The notes under the pieces are model-generated. The model did not search any database. It was not told the origin of the DNA and was given only the letters and a program-made list of their open reading frames with translations. A DNA stretch of 64,000 nucleotides from Salpingoeca rosetta (lineage: Eukaryota > Protista > Choanoflagellata). The stretch spans positions 918,175 through 982,174 of the forward strand of contig JAWQFM010000001.1 of NCBI GenBank assembly GCA_033442325.1. Direction: 5' to 3'. The translations under genes were made by a program, and so were the position numbers. Every line of letters begins with the position of its first letter. Within the stretch, counting starts at the first letter, position 1. Below, one piece after another: positions 43,401-64,000 of the stretch.

Positions 43401-43806
43401 TTGTGCTTACCTGCTCCCTCTCTCTTTTCTTTTCCACCGTATTTGTCTCTTTGCGTGCGCTCTCTGCTCCTGCCCATTCCCTGACGTGACTGGCTGAAAG
43501 GCAAACCCCAGTCGTTTGCCTCCGCAGTTCTTGTTCCCTTAGGCCTTTCCCTGACTTCCTGCCCTCCCCTTGCTTTCTCCTTTAGTCTCATAATTGACTG
43601 CCCCCTATTGCCATGTATTTCCTGTACTGTATTGATGGCCATTGGATGGATGTGTTGAGCGTTCGCGAGACCCTAAACTGGCAACGACGCACAAGCATTC
43701 CTCTGCAAAGGACAGAGTGTGGGCTGGTAGATTGATTATGGACAAACAGGATGACAGCAACACCTGAAGCAAGACAATGTAACTAAACAGCGGGACAGTC
43801 CACAAA

Positions 43807-44719
43807 TCACTGATCTTCCTCCTCTTTCTTCTTTTCTGCTGCAACGTATATCTTGAGCGTGTAGATGGTGATCCGGCCAAAGAAGTCGGTGGACTCTGGG
43901 AACACGAGCCGCAGCATGTGCACCTTCTTGTTCTCTTGGTTCACGCCCTCAAACACTTGCTCGTGGTTGACATCGTCCGGATAAAACCGACCCAGCTCTG
44001 TGTACTCATTAGATCCGTCTACCTTGCCCTCCAGCACGCAGTTCTTTCCTATCAAATGTACAGACAGTTGACAGCACACGCGTGTGACGATGGTGCAAGA
44101 ATGCACAGCGAACTCGGACAAGCACAAAACCGCACGCATACAAGCACGCATTACACTCACACACGCATGCACATGCGCACAGGCACGCGTACACACGCAT
44201 ACGCACACAAGCGCAGCGCCCACAAAGGAAGCACACAAGCATCGTCTGGCTGACCTGCAAAGCCGCCCTGAAACATGATGGCCAGCTGTGTCACTTGCGC
44301 GGGAGCATCCAACTTGAGCTCAACAAACTGCGGGCTGCCCTGGTCGGAGTTCCAACACGTGTCCTCGCGATCATCCAGCAGAAACTTCTTCCCAAACTGC
44401 TTTCCATCGCCATTCAGCACAGAGCTTACCCTGCACCAAGCACAGCAACAAACAAGACGAAAAGACAAATTAGCACTTTTGCAAGGCAAACAAAATAACC
44501 GTACCCAACACAAACACACACGCAAGTGTGCACACAAGTGTGCACGATGACACCACACAAACACACCACCCTTCGCCCATTCCATATTCATCCCACGTCC
44601 AAACTTTGCCACGCACTGCACAACAGCGACGACAACACCACCAACACGCACCGGAGCTTGGCCTCCCCAGCCAAGTCCAGCAACCTCCGCTGCTGTTGCT
44701 GCTTGGTCTCTTCCGCCAT
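43807..44719 (-). CDS. NR2C2AP: Nuclear receptor 2C2-associated protein (galactose-binding-like fold), 3 exons
   Basis: RVSSVLNGDGKQFGKKFLLDDREDTCWNSDQGSPQ, FQGGFAG, FYPDDVNHEQVF and FPESTDFFGRITIYTL. Confidence 0.92.
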
Positions 44720-44806
44720 ATCTGCTCGTCGTAAGTTGGGAGGATTTGTAAAAGGTACCAGTCAAATTTCAGCAGCCAACGGAACGCGCGAACTTCAGCC
44801 AGCACA

Positions 44807-44935
<129 letters not shown>

Positions 44936-45007
44936 GGGCACCGGGCCGCAGAAAACATTGGCCTTGGTTCCCCCCCCCCCACACACACACACCGGCACGC
45001 ACGCGTC

Positions 45008-51102
<6,095 letters not shown>

Positions 51103-51487
51103 ATGCACGCACGCAGCACTTGTAGAGCCGACGTCAGGACATGTGAACACTGGTCATGTATGTGTATGTGTGTGTGTGTGTGTGTGTTTGTGTGTGTGTC
51201 TGCGTGTCTGAGTGGCGTGTGTGTGCTTTGGTCATCACACCACACCACGCCCATGATGGGCATTTCGCGCTCGTGTGTGAACTGACTTGTGTATTGATTG
51301 GTTGGAGGGGACTGTGTGTGGAAGAAGGCGAGTGGGGTGTTGGGGGTACGGGTGGAAGACAGGAGACAGAAAACTGATTGGAAAAACGCGCACAGTGGTG
51401 GTGTCGGCAAATCATGTCTTGTCGCGCCACCGTCAGGTGAATGGGTGCTGGTGGTAATTGGTGTTTGGGTTGAGCGGGCGGAGCACT

Positions 51488-53510
<2,023 letters not shown>

Positions 53511-54294
53511 CGTGCTTGCTGTGTGCTTCTTTCTTTGTTGCGTGTGTTGGCGATATCGTGGTGTGGAAAATTTGTTAAAGATGCTCGCGGATTCTTTACC
53601 AGCACAAAGCCAGATGAAATGACGATGGAAGAAAAAAAAAATGAAATGTTTGTTTGAGGAATGTTTGGTTTGGGCTGTGTTCAGGAGTTCAGGTGTTGTT
53701 CTCTTCTATTGTTCCATTCTCATTCTTCTGGTTCATCATCACATACACATACATCATGCGGCCACAAGATCACACGGCTCCATGTTCGCCCACTGGCTCT
53801 CACACTACGTCTCTCTTGCTCTCATTGTATCTTGATCTTGAGATCTTGCAGTCTTGGACGTAAAGTGGTATCCGACCCCCCTACGTCGTGGAAGCATCGA
53901 GCGTCGGAGTCACAACGCCTTGCTTCCCCGTTTGTCTTGCTCTTTCCCTTTTAACTTCCTGACTTTCACCATGTCACTTATTGTTTGCTGATTTCACAGT
54001 CAGCATGTCAGCAAATGATGATTTATTCATTGTGTGGTGTGGATGGAAACGAATAACAGTCCAGAGGAGAAAAAGAAGGGAGCAACATCAGCCAGCCTTC
54101 ATCTCGATCAGAAGAACAATAAAAGAGGGGGGGGGGAGGGAGAGCGCGACGGTTTTTGCGACAATCCAATCACTCACCCACACACACGCAAGCAAGCAAG
54201 CAGCAAGAAAGACCTGAAGAACGGCGCGTTTTACACGCTCATTGACCAAGCACTCGGTGTCGTTGTCGTTGTCGTCGTTGTCGCTGTGGTCGTG

Positions 54295-54895
54295 TCACGC
54301 CTCAAATGGCTTGTAGAGCACTGTCGTCACAAACTTCTTTCTGTATCGGTTGGTGCAGCCAAGCACAATCACATTGTCCTGCACGCCAGCGAGCACACGC
54401 ACATGTGATGAGATCCGCGCGAGCACACACAAGCACCTACACACCTGAATGCGCACTCAGGTACATCCGCACACACACACACACAGACACACACACACAC
54501 ACACACAGACACACACACACACACACAGACACAGACAGACAGACAGACACCAACCCATGCACACACACACACACACATCCATCACCGCCCCCCATCCGGT
54601 TCAAACAGCGCAGCACACCTTGATGGAGAGGGCATAGAGGTGGCTGAGCATGACGTGGTGGGGCTCAGGCAGCTGCGTCGGGTCCTTGCTCGGGTGCTGC
54701 GCATTGAGGGTGACGTCCAAGAGCTGCGGAGGAAGCGTGGGCGGCTTTGCGCCCCACAACTCGGGTACATCCTGCCCATACTCCCCAGCAGGCGATGCGC
54801 CTGGAACGCGGGAGCCGAGGAAGGTGTAGTGGCGTGAGGAGGTATCGTGGTGTGAGAAGGTGCAGTGGCGTGAGCTGTGAGGTTCATTGCTCAAG

Positions 54896-54976
<81 letters not shown>

Positions 54977-56302
54977 CAAAACGAAAGCAATCAAACAAAG
55001 CATCATACCCCTCCCCCCACCCTTCGGCCTGCATTGCCACTCACGTCCGTCGCCCGTTTCTTCGACGAGGAGGAGGCTGTCCTCGCCAGAGATGTGCAGG
55101 GCACTCGCTACAATGCGGGCAAGGTTGTTGATGGAGCCGAGCGAGTTTGAGCACGTCGGGGCGTCCGGGTCGTGGCGCCACTCGCCGTCAACAAGATACT
55201 TGTACTGGTACTCGCCAGGCTTCAGGTGCATGATGGTTGAGAAGGACCCGTCCCTGTCATGTGTGGAAGAAACGCCAGACGAAAATGACCGCGAGTTTGG
55301 GGAGGGGGGCACAAGTGTTCATGAGATACAATGATGCAAGTGGGGAAAAGAGAGGGCGATGGAGCACAGCGGAGTTTCAAGGAACCAACATGATGGGGTG
55401 AATAACAGGATAAAGAACTACCAATACAGACAGACAAATACACAGACACAGACAGACAGACACAGACAAACACACAGACAGACAGACACACAGATACAGA
55501 TATAGACAGACAATCAGATACAGATACACACACCCTACCGCTGTTTTTGAAGCGGGACGTGATCTTCCCAGCGATTAAAGGTCCCAGCCACCATCACTTG
55601 TGACGCTGCTTCCCGCCACACAAACCGCGTCGGCACCGTGCCCTCTGAGGCGTCACCTGCACACGCACCATGATCCGCACCATGAGAACCAATACACAAA
55701 CAAGACACAACAAAACAAACAAGGGCCCACACACGCGACAAAATGGACACAAACACACACATCCACACACACACACACACACACAGACAGACACACAGAC
55801 ACACACACACGCAATAGAGTGGACAAAGGCACCCCCCCCTCCACGCACGCGCACCTTCCACGACGACGCGGGATGGCGAGTCGCTGTCAACGGCCATGGC
55901 ATCAAGCGGCGGGAGCATCTCCTCGAGGGGAACGGGGAGCGTCTTCGGTACTGAAGCACTCCTCGACTCTGCAGTCTCGACCCACGATTCCTCAGATTCA
56001 ATACCATCCAGCTGGTGTTGCTGCCGTTGCTCATCTGATGACTTTGACAACGGATGCGGGATTGCTTCGCCGTCGGCGCCTTGCCTCGCCTGGGGAAATA
56101 TTGTCCTGTGGTGGCGCGGCGACGGCACCGGGGTCGGCTGCATCGTGTTTATGTGGTAGGGCGAGGTCTGGGGGCCATCTGCACCGTGCATGGCTGCTGT
56201 GTCGCCATCGTGTGTGTCCCGTGAACCACGTTTCTCTAGCACCGGCGGTGCGTCAAGGATGTCCCGATCCGCCTTTGGATCTTTCGCGTTTGTGTTGCCC
56301 AT
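54295..56302 (-). CDS. PRKAB: 5'-AMP-activated protein kinase beta subunit (myristoylation site, CBM48, ASC domain), 5 exons
   Basis: MGNTN, VPTRFVW...VMVAGTFNRW, GEYQYKYLVDGEWRHDP, PPTLPPQL, LPEPHHVMLSHLYALSIKDNV and RYRKKFVTTVLYKP. Confidence 0.96.
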
Positions 56303-56609
56303 GGCTCAGGCTTGGCTCTCTCTCTCTCTCTTCCTGGATTTCAAGCGACCAACAGAGAGGTGGGGGGGGGGGGGAAGGGAACCTTTGTGTCACACGAAAG
56401 GCGTCTCTGAAGATAGATGCGTGCGTTGGCGTGGATGGATGGGTGGTGTGTCGTGGTGGATGGTGCTTGGAACAGACGACGAGTAGTGCTGAAAATTGCC
56501 GCTCATCTTACACAAATCCTCACAACCCAAGACAACCAGCAAGCAACAAGAAGCAAAGAAAGAAGAGAAAAGACAACCAACACACACACACACACACACA
56601 CACGCAAGC

Positions 56610-57707
56610 ATGAACGTGCGGCTGTTGTCTGCGCTGGCACTCTCGGTGCTGTTTGCCTTTAAAGGGCAATACACGACGGCCGTTATCGTGTCCGCGCTCA
56701 CGCTACTGATCCACTACTTCTTTCGAACAACAGAGGACGCACCAGCCGCGGGTAGACAAAGGTCAGCGCCACGTTGCGATGCTGTGATGTATGCCCTTCC
56801 TGTCGTTGGTTTGGTTGACAGTTTGGAGTTAGGGGGGGCATGCGTGCGCCTGTGCGTGTGTATGTGCGTGTGTATGTGCGTGTGTATGTGCGTGCGTATG
56901 TGCGTGTGGGCTTGTGTCAGTCTATGGGTTGCATGTGTATCTGCGTGGTTGTAGACCATCACCTGTCTGTGTGAGTCACCAGCACAAAGGAATGCCCGTT
57001 CTTTCCAGCCAACAAATGAGCATCTCACCCGCCATGTGCACGCGCTTGTGGGGAGCAGGAAAGCGAGGAGAGATGAAGTGCGTGCGTTGCTTGCCGCCGT
57101 CCCCAACATTAGCGAGTCTCGGGCAAAGAATGCACTCTGTACGTTGCTGCGAAAATGTGTGTATGTTTCACCATGGCTTGTATGCTGCCTGCTCTTTCGC
57201 ACCCGCCGTCACCCTTTCTCTCACCTCCCCTCTCCTACGACACACACACACACACACACACATACACCTGACAGCAATGTGCAACAACAACGTGGAAAAG
57301 GCGATTGAAATGCTGGAGAAATCACAAGGGTCACTCAGGAATCAGTTCTTGGAGCGCAAGCATGCCATGTTTGACGAGGCACGCAGGTGAGATGTCATAG
57401 GCATGGACACAAGAGGAAAGCGAACCGGATGGAGTGGGGGTGGGAGTGGCCTGCTGAATGCTGGTGTTTGCTTGCTGTTTTTTTTTTTTTTTTTTGGTGT
57501 TGCCTGTTGGTTGCTCTTGTTGTGAGCTGGTCCTTGCCTCTCTCCCGCCTCGTGGTGCGCTTGTTGATATGGGGACAAAGCAGCAATAGCCACAACCAAA
57601 CACTCAGTGCCAACGCGCCCACACACTTGTTTGTCAACACCACTTTGCAACACTGGCAACGCTGCAGGAAATATCTGGCCAAGCACTCAAACGAGGCGCG
57701 GGCGTAA
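56610..57707 (+). CDS. Small (about 150 aa) membrane protein: N-terminal hydrophobic hairpin, CUE/UBA-like domain and Ube2G2/Ubc7-binding-like helix; 4 exons
   Basis: EVRALLAAVPNISESRAKNALSMCNNNVEKAIEML is CUE-like. FLERKHAMFDEARRKYL resembles the G2BR motif of AUP1/gp78. Confidence 0.65.
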
Positions 57708-57861
57708 CGCCATGGCGGCGTGTGGGTGACTGTGGCCTCGTTTCTCATGTTCTCATGTACACGTCTGAACGACAACCCGTGTTATCTTCAAGTGCAAGCC
57801 CGTTGCTTGTCCACTGTGCGTGCGTGTGTGTGTGTGTGCGTGCGTGCGTGTGTGTGCGTGC

Positions 57862-57922
<61 letters not shown>

Positions 57923-58077
57923 CGTAATTGGTTGCACCTGATGTATTTAGCAATTGAACTGTCACACCGAGCGCATCCACGCATGCTCCACAGAATTGAC
58001 GCAGCGATACAAACAGGACTGAGCCAGAGATGGTGACATATACAGACACAGACAGACGGACACGAACACAGCAAGGC

Positions 58078-58360
58078 CTATCTTGCAATTGCATCTGCCA
58101 ATGACGCGACCCTCCACTTGGTCTCCTTCCCCCACAGCGTAAACGACTTAGCGACGCCGCTCTGTTGTTGGGGAAAAGCAGCAAGAACATAGCACACGTG
58201 TGTGCGCGTGTTAATACGTGCATGTGTATTGTGTATTGTGTGTGTGTGCGTGTGTGACAAGCTTGCAGCAGGGAATCAGAGCGGTGACATCACCTGGAAT
58301 TGGAGGCGTTGCGATTTCTTATCCTGAACAGGAAGGCGGTCAATCTTGGAGCTGATTAGT

Positions 58361-58428
<68 letters not shown>

Positions 58429-58525
58429 GCAGAGCACACGGATGAGAAGTGAACCGGAAAAAAAGAAGAGGGCGAGCAGTGCAGGAAGCGAAGTGGTCCG
58501 AGAACAAAAAACACACACACACATA

Positions 58526-58597
<72 letters not shown>

Positions 58598-59123
58598 CAC
58601 ACGGGCGTACGCAATGTCGGCGAGGTCGGCGATTGCGGACTGGATGGAGCGCTGTAACCGCTCGGCCTCCTGTTTGAGCGCCGGCGCTGTGTTTCCCGCA
58701 CTGCCGCCAAATGGGGTTGGTTGGTGGTTGGTGGTGAAATATCGGTGTTAGAGACTACGGCACATGCACACACACAGACGACAGACACACAGACACACGG
58801 ACAGACACACACACAGACGACAGACACACGGACACACGGACAGACATACACACACACGTACAGGATGCGCTGGATGGTGCCCTCAAACTTCTCGACGTCC
58901 GTGTAGATCTTTGCGCGGAGGCGACAGGCCTGCTCGTAGTATGTCTGCAGCTGCGTGGCACCGCGCCCGGCCTTTCTGCTCCAGCGCCACGCGCATGTGC
59001 AGAGAGGGAGTGGTTGGAGGGTATAACGTGAGCGCAGGACGGGTATGCGAGTCAGTGGATGAACAAATGAAGAAGAATAAGAGGAGGAACAAGATTCATG
59101 GTGTGGACTTGGTGTATCCACAT

Positions 59124-59198
<75 letters not shown>

Positions 59199-59269
59199 CA
59201 CACACGGACACACACGGACACACACACACACACACACACGCACGCACGCACGGACACACGGACACACGG

Positions 59270-59301
<32 letters not shown>

Positions 59302-59726
59302 ACACACACACACGCACGCACACACGGACACACGGACACACGGACACACGCATACACACACACACACACACACATCCCCCCGTCTCTCTTCCCCTGTTGC
59401 GGTGCACGTACGCGATGGCGGCGCCCCTGCCGGCCTGCTTGACGCGCGATTCGCACGTGACGCAGACGGGAACAACGGCCTCCCGGTCGGAGGCAAGCGG
59501 GGGCTGGCTGCGCATTACGCCTGTCAGCCGGCCCATCTCAATCAGGTTGAGCATGTTGGAGCACCCGTCGCTGTCGCACACGGTTGCGCTGTGGAAAGAG
59601 GGGGGGGGGTTGAGTTTGGATGAGTGGTGCAAGGAAGGCACGACCATATACCACTTGCAAACAGACACAGGGAGAAAAGAACAAAAAACAGACAGACTTC
59701 GGTCGAAACGAGTCACCAAAAACCTC

Positions 59727-59766
<40 letters not shown>

Positions 59767-59837
59767 CACACACGGACACACACGGACACACACACACACA
59801 CACACACGCACGCACGCACGGACACACGGACACACGG

Positions 59838-59869
<32 letters not shown>

Positions 59870-60254
59870 ACACACACACACGCACGCACACACGGACACA
59901 CGGACACACGGACACACGCATACACACACACACACACACACATCCCCCCGTCTCTCTTCCCCTGTTGCGGTGCACGTACGCGATGGCGGCGCCCCTGCCG
60001 GCCTGCTTGACGCGCGATTCGCACGTGACGCAGACGGGAACAACGGCCTCCCGGTCGGAGGCAAGCGGGGGCTGGCTGCGCATTACGCCTGTCAGCCGGC
60101 CCATCTCAATCAGGTTGAGCATGTTGGAGCACCCGTCGCTGTCGCACACGGTTGCGCTGTGGAAAGAGGGGGGGGGGTTGAGTTTGGATGAGTGGTGCAA
60201 GGAAGGCACGACCATATCCACTTGCAAACAGACACAGGGAGAAAAGAACAAAAA

Positions 60255-60289
<35 letters not shown>

Positions 60290-61616
60290 CGCACACACAC
60301 ACACACACACACACAGATACACAGAGACAGAGACAGACACTGACCCTGACATACACACGCGTTTGCACATCACGTGCCACTGACCCGCAGAGGCGGCAGT
60401 GGGTCTTTGACTTTGTGAAGGAATAGCCAGCGTTGCAGATCTTGCATGCTGAGCCCGTGTCCCACGTTACAATGCTCTTCTCAAACGCATCTTTGGATGA
60501 GAACCTGTCGTATGTCGAATCCAGGACCAGGTAGTGTGAGCCATGGGAGCAGCAGATGGCGTCAATGGCTGGATGCAGAAGGCATCAAAACGGAATGATG
60601 TTGGGGTTGTGTCTCACAGACACACACAGACACACTCACAGACACACACAGACACACTCACAGACACACACAGACAGACAGACAGACACATCCCCCGACA
60701 TGTATGCAGCGGAAAGCGTACGCGGAGCGGTCGTTGTACAGGAGCTTGAAGACGCGGTTCTTGAGGCGTTCCAGCTCGTTGTCAGCGCTACTCAGCTTGG
60801 CGGGCCGCTGCCGCCTGAACTTAATGAACGCGGATGTGTGCGACTGCGTGGCAGGGTGCAGATCAAGCTCTTCCAGCGCCTTTCGCGGGAATCGCTTCTT
60901 CTCTGCGTTTGCAGTCTTGGCCATGGTTGATGATGATGACGATGATGAGTATGAGGGTGCTGTTGGTGAAGTGTGATCGAGGGCTGCTGATCCGCCTTGG
61001 TCCGTAGACAGGTTCTCGTCACGTCGATCGGCCGAGCGGCGGGTGGACGCGGCCTGCTTCCTCCTTGCGTTGGCGATCACCTGGGTGATGGCGGTGACCC
61101 ACTTGCGAGCAATGCCGGCGTCATCGGCGATGAGGAAGAAGGTGCGGCCCTCGCTCGTGCGGATGCCGAAGCAAAAGTCCTTGCCCTTGAGCTCCAAGCA
61201 CGTCTTTGTGTCAATCAACTCTGCGCCAGCCAGCTGTTTGCATGGGCAAGGTCGGGGAGATGGGGGGGGGGTTGTTAATTGTTTGTACACGACGGGAGTG
61301 ACACCAAATGTGGGACATCAGAGCACAACACGGACAGAGACAGACACACAACACAGCTACACAACACAGACACACAACACAGCTACACAACACAGACACA
61401 CAAACACAGACACAGATACACAGATACGCAGACAGACAGACACAACAGCGCGCGTACTTGGATTGTGCCTCGCGGGCTGGGTGCGTCCGGTTCAGTGTAG
61501 TAGACAATGGCATTGGATGTGGCGTCAATCGTAAAGTAGCGCCGCAACCACTGCCGTCCCAACAGCCACGCCAAGGCTGGCCCTTCCTTCAGCAGCCACC
61601 CCTTTGGCTCCCCCAT
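58078..61616 (-). CDS. PH-domain + rabenosyn-5-like FYVE protein
   Basis: PH: KGWLLKEG...WLRRYF...YY...PRGTIQL...[19 protein letters not shown]...KWVTAI. FYVE-like: FEKSIVTWD...CKIC...[15 protein letters not shown]...VCVTC, followed by a helical C-terminus. Confidence 0.8.
59162..60264. repeat. Near-perfect tandem duplication (568-bp period) containing a 177-nt exon
   Basis: 59162-59697 matches 59730-60264. Exon copies lie at 59412-59588 and 59980-60156. There is one 1-bp indel and a unique junction of about 32 bp. Confidence 0.95.
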
Positions 61617-61945
61617 CTCGCCCTGTGCGGTATCCGTGCTACCAGTGATGCGATGATGCGCTGATGCGATGATGCGATGGTGTGATGGTGGTGTGACAGC
61701 TGCGATGGTGGTGTGATGCTGTGTCACACAACCTCACGTGTTGTCCAGCCTGGAACACACACACGCAGCACACTCCTTCTCCACACAATGCGCGCTGTGT
61801 TTGTTTTGGTTGTTCTGTTTTCCCAGAGTGCACCCCCAATACACACAGCTCCAAGCACACCGCTTCGCTTCACCGCCCCCCCCCTCCCCAACGCACACGC
61901 TTTCACCCAGCAGCCGCGTACCGCGCATTGCGTACCACACTCGGC

Positions 61946-63819
61946 ATGGCGCTGTCTCCTGAGCACCTTCCTGCATGGTATCACGGCGTGCTTTCGCGCA
62001 CGGACGCAGCAAAGCTGCTGCTTGAGAATGGAGGAGAAGCAGGCCTGTTCCTGGTGCGCGCAGCATCCTCTGGCAACGGCTTTGTGCTCTCCATGTGCCA
62101 CGCGCCACAGGCCGTGTCGCACTACCAGATCCGCAGTCAGCGGCTGCAGGGCGTGGACTACCTCACATTCGACACAGACACGGGCGTCGCGCCGCAGTTC
62201 AGGTCCCTCTCCTCCGTCATCCAGCACCTGTACTCCAACCCGGCCCACTTGCCTGTGGAGCTGAGCGGGTGGGTGGCGCGCGAGGAAGCGCCTCCGCCTC
62301 CCATCCCACCATCGCATGCCACCGCCGCCACCAGCACGGCAACCACAGCAGCCATAACCACCACCTCCAGTGGGCCTGCCAGCACTGCCACCTTCTTCAG
62401 CAACAGCACGGATACTGTTCGTGGCGACGGCAGCGGGGATGGCGACACGAAGAACACGGAGGAGATCAAGAAGAGCGTGAGGGAGATTGAAACCCCAGAT
62501 GGCTTCGACATGTACAGCAGCACCGATGCCTCGTCCCGCACAGGCACACTGTCAAAGGTGCTTGGGCTGCATGCTCCGTTGATAAACACGCGTGTCTTGT
62601 TGATATCTTGTGACTCGTGGATAGCATGCACATCGCGGTGTACGCGCATGCTTGTTAGCCTGCTTGATCTCACGACTTGCTTGCTTTGTGCCGCACTGTG
62701 TAGATTGAGCAGGAGCACGCGATGCAAGTTGGCGGATCCTTGCTGGTCAGTCAGCTCACGCTTCACTTGATTCCTTGTGCACACGTGTGTGTTGTGTGCG
62801 TGTGTGGGCATGTGTGCGTGTGTGCGTGTGTGGGCATGTGTGCGTGTGTGGGCATGTGTGCGTGTGTGCGTGTGTGCGTGTGTGCGTGTGCGTGCGTGCG
62901 TGTGTGTGCATGTGTGTGCATGTGTTGCGGACGTACGTGTGAATGCCAGCGTATCACTCTCCAGCGTATCACCCTCCAGCGTATCGTCTCATCGGCAGCG
63001 TCTCATCCCCACCACTGTCCCTGCCCCTTTGATTTCAACAGTCGATGGTGAAGGACACCATTACGTCGTCTGCGCAGGTGAAGGAAGAGGACCTGAACAA
63101 TGAGAAGCTGTACGAGACCGCCCAGCGCTTCTCCTCCCACTTTGAATCCGCGCCAGACCTCAAGGTGCGCGCGCTCTCGTGCCTCGACACTCGATGTTTC
63201 GATGTGTATCTGTGCAGGTGGAAACGCAAGCGTGTGTGTACTTGGGTAGCGTGTGCACATGGAGTGACAGGACCGTCAATCTCACGCGCTGGCTTTGTAG
63301 CGTTCAACCAGTCTCATTGCACCATCATATCATGCTGCTGCGACACCAACTATTGTCAGGTGTACTCCGTTCCCGGCGCCGATGCTGGTGTCCAGGCACT
63401 GGATGCAACGTCAAACAAGGCCACAAACCTCAAGGGTGAGGCATGTGCATGTGTGAACAAATGTGTCCGTGTGTGCATGTGTGTGCATGTGTGTGCATGT
63501 GTGTGCCCGTGTGAACAAGTGTGTCCGTGTGTGCATGTATGCATGTGTGTGCATGTGTGTGCATGTGAGCTTTCCATTCAACTCTTCAACCCCCTTACGC
63601 ACGCAACACGCGTGCACCACGGCGTGCAGTTGGGGACCAGCTGCGCCTCATTGGCGTGGAGGAGGAGGGCGATGGCGTGGTGATCATGTGTCAGGATGCA
63701 TCCGGCAGGAAGATCAAGTTCCCGTCCACCAGCCAGATCAGAGTGTTGCCGTCTGCATTTGCGAGCGCAAAGAACAGCCCGTCCAGCTCTGGCATGAACT
63801 CCTTGGCCGGTCTTCAGCG
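61946..63819 (+). CDS. N-terminal SH2-domain protein, probably continuing beyond the window; downstream CABIT-like beta domain
   Basis: [31 protein letters not shown]...FVLSM...VSHYQI...[11 protein letters not shown]. Further in-frame exons run to about 63819. Confidence 0.8.
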
Positions 63820-63929
63820 GTGAGGCAGTGGTGGCGCGGGAAGATGGAAGCTGATGTACAGACACACAGACACAACACACAGACACACAGACACAACACA
63901 CAGACACACACACACACACACACACACAC

Positions 63930-64000
<71 letters not shown>

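Noticed and set aside
43401-43806. Repeat-free stretch between convergent genes considered for SECIS or ncRNA
   Set aside because: Neither flanking gene has an in-frame internal UGA and no convincing structure was seen. It fits ordinary 3'UTRs.
53870-54220. Short TCCGAC/GTCGGA stem and an ATGATGA box C-like motif in a repeat-poor intergenic region
   Set aside because: The stem is only 6 bp and the nearest box D is about 200 nt away with no terminal stem. It is best explained as PRKAB 3'UTR or promoter of the EPDR-like gene.

Overview
Gene-dense, intron-rich eukaryotic DNA. There are GT-AG spliceosomal introns filled with (GT)n/(CA)n microsatellites, two SH2-domain genes and animal-like ARF6, malectin and TTC23 next to a bacterial/plant-type asd. 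This points to a choanoflagellate such as Salpingoeca rosetta (inference). Most ORFs in the supplied track are microsatellite artefacts (CVCV/HTHT), so genes were rebuilt by splicing exons by hand. About 21 genes: a partial low-complexity gene, asd, KICS2-like, ARF6, WDR89, TTC23-like, GALM, an SH2 adaptor, ALIX, ETFB, a calmodulin-like protein, ISY1, malectin, TMEM242-like, NR2C2AP, TTI1, an ependymin-like secreted protein, AMPK beta, a small TM-CUE-G2BR protein, a PH-FYVE rabenosyn-like protein and a partial SH2 protein. No tRNA, rRNA, CRISPR array or recognisable transposon was seen. Most notable: polarised GT-then-AC intron repeats with acceptors lacking pyrimidine tracts; nine head-to-head gene pairs, two of which share two exact motifs; a 568-bp tandem duplication of a symmetric exon; a GC-AG intron; and unusual domain architectures (PH+rabenosyn FYVE, SH2+CABIT-like, minimal Cue1/AUP1-like). 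Family calls come from remembered motifs, not database searches.
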